A stretch of DNA of 63,632 bases, counting the filler, from Welwitschia mirabilis (Eukaryota), in NCBI GenBank assembly GCA_051453625.1. It is 5 parts of one record of this genome, joined end to end, with 100 filler letters (N's around TTAATTAATTAA, not from the genome) between each part and the next. Parts side by side here need not be neighbours in the genome. Positions count along the whole stretch, not along the records: positions 39,816 to 56,218 come from JBOZIK010000001.1; positions 56,319 to 60,542 come from JBOZIK010000001.1; positions 60,643 to 63,632 come from JBOZIK010000001.1; 2 more parts are not named here. One strand, 5' to 3'. The stretch's first letter is position 1. Every line of letters starts with the position of its first letter. A program made the position numbers and the translations under genes. The notes below the pieces were generated by a model. That model was not told the origin of the DNA. It saw only the letters and a list, made by a program, of their open reading frames with translations, and did not search any database. Of this stretch, positions 54,001 to 63,632 are shown one piece after another.

Positions 54001-56036
54001 NNNNNNNNNNNNNNNNNNNNNNNNNNNNNNNNNNNNNNNNNNNNNNNNNNNNNNNNNNNNNNNNNNNNNNNNNNNNNNNNNNNNNNNNNNNNNNNNNNNN
54101 NNNNNNNNNNNNNNNNNNNNNNNNNNNNNNNNNNNNNNNNNNNNNNNNNNNNNNNNNNNNNNNNNNNNNNNNNNNNNNNNNNNNNNNNNNNNNNNNNNNN
54201 NNNNNNNNNNNNNNNNNNNNNNNNNNNNNNNNNNNNNNNNNNNNNNNNNNNNNNNNNNNNNNNNNNNNNNNNNNNNNNNNNNNNNNNNNNNNNNNNNNNN
54301 NNNNNNNNNNNNNNNNNNNNNNNNNNNNNNNNNNNNNNNNNNNNNNNNNNNNNNNNNNNNNNNNNNNNNNNNNNNNNNNNNNNNNNNNNNNNNNNNNNNN
54401 NNNNNNNNNNNNNNNNNNNNNNNNNNNNNNNNNNNNNNNNNNNNNNNNNNNNNNNNNNNNNNNNNNTGAAGAAGTTTAAAGATTTAGGAATAATAGAAGA
54501 TTCTTCCTCATTCTCAAACAAGGTAGAGTTATGTAATGAAAGGGGCCTTTATTCTAAAGAATGATGTTGAACTAGCATGAATGATATAATGTTTTCTTCT
54601 ATGGCTAATTCACATTTCATGTCTTTTTCAATAGCATCAAATACTCTGATACTAAATGTTTTGTTTCCTATATGACATTCCATAATCCCTATGCGAGTAT
54701 CAATGACATACTGAGTTATTGTGCAAAAGGATCTTCCTAAAAATAAAGGGTATCCACTATTATGTTCAACCTCTATAATGACCAAATTTATGGGGTAAAA
54801 AGCTTCTTTAATTTAAATCACTAAATCTTTAATTATTCCTATAGGTTTCGTATTGATGCATTAGCCAATTACAACACTATTTTGGTAGGTTCAATTCTCC
54901 CTTCTAATCTAAGATTTTTTACAAATGTGCAAAGGCATAATATTGATACTTACTTCTATGTCTATTAGAGCTTTTTGGATTTTCTTATTTCCTTCCAAAA
55001 TAACACTATTAGTATCTACCCTTGGATCTTTAAACTTAGGACATTTTTGAGAAATTAAGTGGGAAAGAGATTGTGTAATGAATGCTTTACTTGAAGTTAC
55101 TCTCTTTTATTTTATTTTTACTAGTTCCTTCCAAATTTTATTGTACTTGGGATTTTCTTGAAGGATCTTCCAAAAGTATGGTTGATAGTAACATCATTCA
55201 TAATTACTTTCAAACACTCATAATAGGTTAAATTGTTGTTTAACATTTCTAGCCATGGGGTAGTCTTTTCCTTGAGATATTGGTTGTTGTTGTTTCATTT
55301 AGAAAATTTTAACTAATCAAGAATTTCAATATCATCTTTTTGAGGTTTTTCTTTATAGATAAAATTTAAATATTTCTCATGAGGAATAGTGTTATGTCTA
55401 CTTCTAGTTAATACTTTCCAATCTTTCTTTACATCATTTGAATTTAAAATAGTTTGAGTGGCAAGTGATTCTTAAGGTCTTTAATTTCCTAACATGTTTT
55501 GATAAAGGAGGCCAATCAAATTTTATAAGTTTTTATTCTAATTTTCTAAGATTTAATTGATGGTATATTATGTCTTTTTGAGTTCCTCCATCATTTCTCT
55601 ATAAGTATCATTTTTATTATAGTTGGAAAAATTGGGCTAAGAATTATAAACTTTGTATTTGTTATCAAATGAAGGTTGAAAAAATGTTGAAGATTCATTA
55701 TTTTTTGGTGGATATTTTTGGTTGCCTTAAAAGTTCTTTGTCTTTTGATTGAATGCATAACTTCATTGAATATGACCTCTCTACAAGTTCGCAAGGCTAG
55801 GCATTTCTTGATAGAATAATAGTTTTCATTACATATTTCGCAATGGTTGAGTTGATTTGACAATTTTGCATTAGTTAAAGATTTTGTATAACTTTTAAAT
55901 GTACTAGAAAGTTTACTAAGTAGGGTGTTAACCTTTGGTTGTTTTTCTTTATGTTACACTTTTTTTGAATCTCTAAGCATTTCATCTACAGTTCTAGTGT
56001 ATTTACATATAGTTTTTGGCCATTTTAAACTTCTTT
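49994..56036 (-). mobile_element. Internally deleted Athila-like element D (gag, protease, integrase tail, 3' spacer, PPT, 3' LTR)
   Basis: Gag knuckle CEICNENY....C, KFKDPR, KALIDIEVSINIMP, YPLFLGRSFC, integrase tail KLTSKWLGPY..KVYSNG....NGQRLKLY, then PPT and LTR. Confidence 0.8.
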
Positions 56037-56218
56037 CACTATAATAATTATATGCATTTAATGCATTTATTAGAATAAATGCCTTAATTAAAGAATTTTT
56101 AAGGTATTTTTTTGAATAAATTCCTTAAAATACTTCATAATGAAGTTTCTAAGGCATTTATGAAAAAGTACCTTAAAAATAAGTGGGATTTTAATTTGTT
56201 AAGGTGTTTAAAAAATAA
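56037..56218. mobile_element. Second CACTA terminus of the same family, truncated by a linker gap
   Basis: CACTATAATAA at the point where the gag of D stops, followed by aaatgccttaa, ttaaggtattt, taaggcattt, aagtaccttaa and ttaaggtgttt repeats. Confidence 0.7.
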
Positions 56219-56569
56219 NNNNNNNNNNNNNNNNNNNNNNNNNNNNNNNNNNNNNNNNNNNNTTAATTAATTAANNNNNNNNNNNNNNNNNNNNNNNNNN
56301 NNNNNNNNNNNNNNNNNNTAATAGTAGAAGCAAGAGCAGAAGAAGAAGGAGGAGGAGGGATATGAGAGGGTTTACTAATAGAATATTTTCCCTTTATTCT
56401 TATAGTAGGTGAAGAGTAGGGAGACGAAAGAGCTTAGGAAGGAGAAGGAGACTTACAAGGATATTCTTTTTCTTCTTTTTAAATCACTTCAAGACCCCTT
56501 AAAATTCAATCCTCATTGGTTTCTATGAAGGTCCTATCCCACCCCTCAAAGTTTAAAGTATGAGCTAGG

Positions 56570-57100
56570 GTATTATAAATCAAGTTAAAAGCTAAGTAAA
56601 GAAAAGGAAGATTACTCTTATGATCCATATTATTTACTATATTAGTAAAGAGGCATTTGACTATGTCAAAGGATTTTTTCTACATGCAAAAATTGACATT
56701 CTAAGCAAGTATAATTAATTAATTTAGTAGAGAGAAAAATATAAAAATGCATTATTTTATTACATATAAATGGTTTCTACTCTTTTTCTTAATTTTCATG
56801 AAATTATGGACATTCCCCTAACATGAGCTAGTTTGTTTCTGCATTATGGATATCATTGCAAAACCTTATAACAATTTAGTACCAAACAGTAGTGCTACTA
56901 GCTAGGACTACTAGCATTATTTGCCTTTTAAGGAAAACATGCATAAAACTCACTTTCCTATAATATTTTAGGGACTTAATTACATTGCACTTATGGTCTA
57001 AGCTAGAATTAATCCATAATAAATCTTCAAATCTAATAACACTTGGTAAAAGTATAAAATAACATGTCATGATGCAATGAGGATGATCACATAGAAGATA
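56570..57100 (+). mobile_element. Possible highly decayed LINE reverse transcriptase remnant
   Basis: KEAFDYVK.FFL (~56648) resembles KAFDRV.W.FL; weak GLRQGDP-like ggtctaagctagaattaatcca (~56995). Otherwise unrecognisable. Confidence 0.3.
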
Positions 57101-60100
57101 AATAATATGATACCATTGGCAATATCATGAGTATTCAGAGGATACATCATCACTATATTTGCATAAGAATACAAAGAATCTTTCCTTATGACTACATGCC
57201 AAAAATTATAACTTCCTCATTATTTAACTATCTTTATGTAATCTCCTTATGTAATCATCCACCTAATGCTTACTTAACATAATCATGACAAAGTTGCTCA
57301 AGCCTTTCCTCATCTAGAAAAGGGCCTTTATCCCTCATTATAAACATATTTTAGTTGTCTTAACATGGGAAACACTTAAAGGCTAAGATGTTATGGTGCT
57401 TTAATCATCTTTCTTCAGGGCAAAATATCCAAGGCTAGTTGAGGAATCTCTTTTCTTTGGCTTTCTCTATTTGATGTAATGTATATTCATTTCATATTGT
57501 AATATAACAATTGCTTTAAATCCTTTCATTACTATTTTAGAATTCATTTAGCACTAGAAATATTTAGGTAGGATTACTTTGTAAGTGGGTTTTATTCTTT
57601 TATCATTAATGAATAGGAATAGGTATTAGCAATCTTTAAGCAAAGCTTACTTAATTATCAAATTATTTCATACTAAGTGAGTTATTTAAGGTTACTTCTA
57701 GCCTATTATAGTTCCTATCATTTAACAAATCTTCTACACTTTTTTTCATACTTTTCATACTTATAAAAGGCTATGAAAAATCAGTAGGACTGGATAACTC
57801 ACCAACACTCATGTCGTAGATGAGATTATACCTCCACACAANNNNNNNNNNNNNNNNNNNNNNNNNNNNNNNNNNNNNNNNNNNNNNNNNNNNNNNNNNN
57901 NNNNNNNNNNNNNNNNNNNNNNNNNNNNNNNNNNNNNNNNNTTCATACTTATAAAAGGCTATGAAGAATCAGTAGGACTGGATAACTCACCAACACTCAT
58001 GTAGTAGATGAGATTATACCTCCACACGAAGCCTTAATGACTTGATAATTTAGTTTATATTTTAGAATATAGAATTCATTAGAGAAAAGGTGGAGAGTTG
58101 TATAAATTAGGTAGATCCTTAGAGCATTTTCATTCCCTTGCATCATTAATAAAATCTCATTTTTATTCTTATTTTATTTAATTTTTTATTGTAAGTAGAA
58201 TTAATTATTACCACTTATATCTTATGGAAGAATGATACTAAGTATTTCACTTAGTTCAATTTGGTCACTACTATACTCAGATCANNNNNNNNNNNNNNNN
58301 NNNNNNNNNNNNNNNNNNNNNNNNNNNNNNNNNNNNNNNNNNNNNNNNNNNNNNNNNNNNNNNNNNNNNNNNNNNNNNNNNNNNNNNNNNNNNNNNNNNN
58401 NNNNNNNNNNNNNNNNNNNNNNNNNNNNNNNNNNNNNNNNNNNNNNNNNNNNNNNNNNNNNNNNNNNNNNNNNNNNNNNNNNNNNNNNNNNNNNNNNNNN
58501 NNNNNNNNNNNNNNNNNNNNNNNNNNNNNNNNNNNNNNNNNNNNNNNNNNNNNNNNNNNNNNNNNNNNNNNNNNNNNNNNNNNNNNNNNNNNNNNNNNNN
58601 NNNNNNNNNNNNNNNNNNNNNNNNNNNNNNNNNNNNNNNNNNNNNNNNNNNNNNNNNNNNNNNNNNNNNNNNNNNNNNNNNNNNNNNNNNNNNNNNNNNN
58701 NNNNNNNNNNNNNNNNNNNNNNNNNNNNNNNNNNNNNNNNNNNNNNNNNNNNNNNNNNNNNNNNNNTTAATGACTTGATAATTTAGTTTATATTTTAGAA
58801 TATAGAATTCATTAGAGAAAAGGTGGAGAGTTGTATAAATTAAGTAGATCCTTAGAGCATTTTCATTCCCTTGCATCATTAATAAAATCTCATTTTTATT
58901 CTTATTTTATTTAATTTTTCATTGTAAGTAGAATTAATTATTACCACTTATATCTTATGGAAGAATGATACTAAGTATTTCACTTAGTTAAATTTGGTCA
59001 CTACTATACTCAGATCAGGTTTACTTTCTTGAATAATTTTAATCATAACAAGGTGACTACTATAGGCATTGATTATATGAGATATGAGAAAAACATTTTG
59101 AATAATAAATCTAAAATGTATAACTTGGTTTTTACAAAGGTATTTTCAAAGTAAGTTTTCTTCTCTATTTGGTGCATAGTCAATATTAAGTGTAGCACAA
59201 CAATAGCTAAGGGATTTGATAGGCATATAAGAATAGCTATTATGATGTATAAATCTTAATAAAGCTTCTATGTCATTAAGGAAAACAATAAAGGAAGTGT
59301 GATGAATAGAATAATGCATTACCCAAGGATCATATTTATTTATTGTTTCATTATGGTAGAACTTCAAAATAGCCTTTAAGAAGTAGTAGGTATCATCTTC
59401 CTTTAAAAAATAGTTCTAATTCCTTGCTTAAATTTTATCAAGATGGAAAAGTATAAACAAATAAAAGAAAGATTTAAAAATTCCTTCTTCCAAAAAAAGT
59501 CTTACTCTTCCACTTATGATGGTCTAACATGATAAAATAAAAGAAAGAAGAAGAAATGGAAATGAAAATGAAATGAAAGGGAAAGTTAAGAAAGTAAAAA
59601 ATGGATTGAAGGAAAAATAGATGAATTTTAGATGCAAATACATGCTTACAAATGTATTAGAAGGCAAGAGGAAGCCAAAATAGAGTTGCAAGAGAAAGTC
59701 AAATGCATTGAGAGAAAAATAGATGGTGGCATCAATGAGGGTAAACAATGGCATCAGTAGAATATAGAGACATAAGTGAGACAAACATGAAGAGATCTAT
59801 AACAATATGAAGATCACAAAAATTATGAGTTCTTGATGTGGATGTCTTAAAACTATTAGGTTTTCATAAAAAGTGGGTGATGCTTTAAATCGATTATGCC
59901 TTGGACATAGACATAAATAGATGGGTCAAATCATAAAAAACACAATGTATTTCTTGTTGTGTTCCTATATAAGGGAAAAACAAGGGAATATGGCTTAGTA
60001 TGGATGATCAAAGTGAATAGAAATAAGATAAAATAAATAAATGAAATATCAAACCCTATTGTAAATTTTATAAATAAATGAGACATGATTAATCAATTTA

Positions 60101-61249
60101 ATAATCTTATTTATTTACATAATTTTAGGTGAATATTTTACTAAGACAAAGAAAAGTGTAAATTAGTAAATCCTTTCAAATTTACAACTAGCTAAAGAAT
60201 CTAAAGCTTAATTTTTTAAAACAAGAAAAAAAATATCTCTCTAATTACATCTTAATTTCATTCCTTTCCCTTTATTTTCCATGGTAATCAAGTTTGAATC
60301 ATATGATCATACTGAGCTTTCAATGTTATAACACTTCCTTCTAATAGATTTAACATGTTGTATACAAAGAATTTAGTGCTACATGTCCAGCAAGCATCTA
60401 TAGCTTTAATGTAATTGAATGTATCATAAATGAATAGTTAGAGCTACATTACTAGTAGATGTCCATATCCTTTATATGGTTAACTAAACCTAATAGAAAT
60501 GATTATAAAAATGTACTAAAATAGCTTTAAGATTTTTCTTGANNNNNNNNNNNNNNNNNNNNNNNNNNNNNNNNNNNNNNNNNNNNTTAATTAATTAANN
60601 NNNNNNNNNNNNNNNNNNNNNNNNNNNNNNNNNNNNNNNNNNAGAAACCCGTCCTAAGAGAATATTAAAGAGGAAAACTACTATGGATGAAGCCCCTCAT
60701 TTTGAGGGGAATGTTAAACAAGGAAGTCCTAGCTCTTAGAGAAAGATGAATCTGTCCCTAGAACCTCAAACAAAAAAGTTGAATTCATCTCTAATGCAAG
60801 AATAGATAGCTTAGAAAAATTCTCCAACTAAACCCTAGGAGTAATCCCATGGTTATGATTAAAAGGATACCTAGCATGTGAGTAGTCCCAGTCACATCCA
60901 AAAGTCGACCACAGATTTTGCATCAGAAGAGAGGCATCATGATTCTCATAAAGAGATAAACATGGACATTACAAAAAGGGAGATTATTATTTCCATAATT
61001 TATGGACTAAAAAGATGCTAATTTGTGACTCTAGAAATCTCTCATAGAACTCTATCATAAACAATCAAGTCTAGCTACAGGAAGGAAATGCTTAGACTAC
61101 ACCCAAATAAGAATCAAGCAGGAGCTAAAGAGTTCAAGAAGTCAATTAGGATTTTAAGGTTCTATCAGATGAAATGAGATATTTCTTGCTAGAGTATAAT
61201 CATGATAACCTATTCCCATACTATAGGGGATATTGATTATTAATCTTTT

Positions 61250-61620
61250 TAGCTTATTTGATATGTTTAGTTCTAGCTTTTGCTAGTTATTCTTCTCAGG
61301 GGCGCTTTTGCCCTCAAGTTTGTTGTCTTTCTGGTCCTTCTCTGTGTCTACCATAAAATATTCTCCTTTTTATTGAATGGTTTCCATTTTTATATCAAGC
61401 TAAGGAATTCTCACCTTTTAATGTAAATTTAGAAATCCTTTCAGGTTATTTGCTAGCATAGTTCTAACTTGTTCTAGTTATTCTTCCTAGAGATGCTTTT
61501 GCCTTCAATTTTGGCCGATTTATAGCTTGACCCTGCATATTCTATAGAATATTATCCTTTTTATCAAATGGTTTACTTCTTCACATCAAGCTAGGGAATT
61601 TTCATCTCTCCATGTAAATT
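61250..61620 (+). repeat. Diverged ~190-bp tandem duplication
   Basis: ctagttattctt...gcttttgcc.tcaa...aatatt.tccttttt...aatggttt...atcaagcta.ggaatt.tca.ct...atgtaaatt occurs twice with no gap between. Confidence 0.75.
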
Positions 61621-61659
61621 CTCTAGTTTAATATAATTTCATTTCTTTCAAAAATGAAA

Positions 61660-62110
61660 AAAAATCCAATGTTTCTAAGATGCTTTAAGTGATCATATTC
61701 AAGCCATTTGTCTATATTTTCAAAATTAAAGTCTGATGAAAGCTCCAAAGAATTCATAATAAATCTATCAAAATTTTAAAATTAATGATCATATGACTCC
61801 TCTTTAATTCTAAGAGCTACTCTTTTATGGATTTTACCTTTGATCTTGAAATAAGAAGAAGATGATTTAAGAGAAAAGGATGTTATGATTGAATAAAGTT
61901 GATTAGGATGATATGCAAAATAAGATAAGTAGATGATAAGTTGAGTAATAACAAGATGGTTATTTGTAGTTGTTAAAAGTCTAAAGCAATAATGAATTAT
62001 ATTTAATTAAGAATTAGCAAGATTATAAGAGAATGATGGAATCTACTTAATGATTTTAGGTGATTAATTCATTATTCCATGAAATCATGACCTTTATAAA
62101 ATTTTAATTA
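61660..62110 (-). mobile_element. Possible LINE endonuclease-region remnant
   Basis: Minus strand gives DFME*, FDRFIMN and FENIDKWLE in the order expected for L1 ORF2 (..DF..FI, LDRFL.N, FRFEN.WL). Confidence 0.3.
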
Positions 62111-63632
62111 TCATAAATTGTTCAAACTAAATCTATAGTTAAGCTATACCATTAGTAACCTCATTTTCAATTATAGAAAAAAGCACTAAGGCCTAGTAAG
62201 GGTAAAGGATGTGTGTGGCTTCCATAGTATAGGGCAGATCTGAAACTCAGATGATTATAAAGTTTTTTCAATTGAATCTAGAATTACAAGTTATATGTTT
62301 TTTACAAATGAAATACTATCATAGTGTAAAAATGATTTACCTAGGAAATTACAACTAAGAATTAACTACTTTTGAAGGAAGCTCTTTTAGTAAATTTTAT
62401 GCCTTTATCATGCATCTTATAAAATTGTTAACTTAAATATTGATGATAAATAGTTAACCATTAAGAGAAATTAGCTACTAAAGAAATTCTTTAATACTTT
62501 AATTAAGCCTATTCCATAAAAAAGTTATTACATCCATATTTTTGAAGATCCAAGGATTTATTCCAAATAGTTAAATAAAAACTGAATCAAAATAATTTTA
62601 CTCATGTTGAGTCCTCTAAGATGATTTAATTGTTGCATTACTTATTTATTCTTTATTTATTAGCATATTATTATTTTTTTAGATGCAACTATTTACTTCC
62701 CTGTTTAATTAATACTTAATGGCTAAATTTGTGTTATATAAATATTTTTTTGTTTTCTTTTATAATTTTTGCATTTAATGTACCATGATTTGTATATTTT
62801 GTTAATTTCTCATTTTTTTCATTTTATTGCATAGAAACTATTCTTGTAATAGCTATCAGTATTAAGATGCATCATGTTACCTTATTTTAATATTTTATTT
62901 TAGTAGTGCATGCTAAATTAACAACCATAATTATGATATTCCTTTTTTTTAATTAATGGTAAACATGTATTCATTATAGAAATATTTATATGTGGAAAAT
63001 TTTTTTCTTAATGTTTCTATTGAAATTACTTGATAAATGTCTCATCTTGATTCTTTTTCTTAATAATTACAAGTAATGGCATGTTTTCAAAAATTTAGCA
63101 TTTTCCTTTAGATGGCTTATTTGAGGAAATATTACTAATTCTTTATCTATTCCAAATTATAAGATGTCATGTGACTAGAATTTATTGTCTTTATAGACTT
63201 TAAAATTATGTAACTTATGTATTAATGATGAAGGCATATTTTTCATAGTCATTATTTACTTATTATTGGTGAAATATTTTTGGCATATTGAGCATTTACT
63301 ATTATGATGATAAGATATTAAATGTACTCAGTGGCCATGCAAATTAATGCTTGAGGATTAGGGGATCATGACCATTTTTCAAGAAGAGTAATGGGTTGTA
63401 TGCATTCTATTAACATGAAAACATTGACATTTATGTCAAGTGTTTTAGGCCAATTTATTATAAATGAAGACATTAATTTAATTGTTTTAGTCATAAAATA
63501 TGTCTTATATCATTTTTAAACTAAAATTAAATGTTATATTTTTCTCCATATTAAATTGTAGATATTTAACCACTTTTGGAATACATGGTGGAATATGAAC
63601 ATAATTCCACACAAAATCACAGTGGCAATCGA

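Noticed and set aside
59524-59784. Hydrophobic 86-aa ORF (also 38090-38296)
   Set aside because: Phe/Leu/Ile richness is the reverse complement of A-rich low-complexity DNA; no domain motif.

Overview
AT-rich, CpG-poor plant-type genomic scaffold with many N-gaps, made almost entirely of old, nested, decayed transposons. I found no intact protein-coding gene, RNA gene or CRISPR array. Left to right: (1) a Sirevirus-like Ty1/copia element (1-~9720) with LTRs, PBS, gag-pol remnants and two PPTs; (2) a nest of Athila-like Ty3/gypsy elements (12192-39715) from two LTR families. One near-complete element has gag, RT-RH-INT and an env-like 3' ORF and is inserted in another element's LTR with a near-intact 5-bp TSD; (3) minus-strand gypsy pol and gag pieces interrupted by a non-autonomous CACTA-type element (42048-~49633). 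This element carries spliceable exons of at least three unrelated host genes, all on the minus strand: homocysteine S-methyltransferase, an At3g27220-like kelch protein and an XB3/XBAT31-like ankyrin-RING ligase. This Pack-CACTA-like cargo is the most interesting signal; (4) an internally deleted minus-strand Athila-like element (49994-56036) cut by a second CACTA terminus of the same family; (5) poorly resolved AT-rich sequence with possible LINE remnants. Many apparent tandem duplications flank 100-N gaps, and four N44-TTAATTAATTAA-N44 blocks are synthetic linkers, so long-range structure needs long-read confirmation. All protein identities come from manual translation and motif recall, not database searches.
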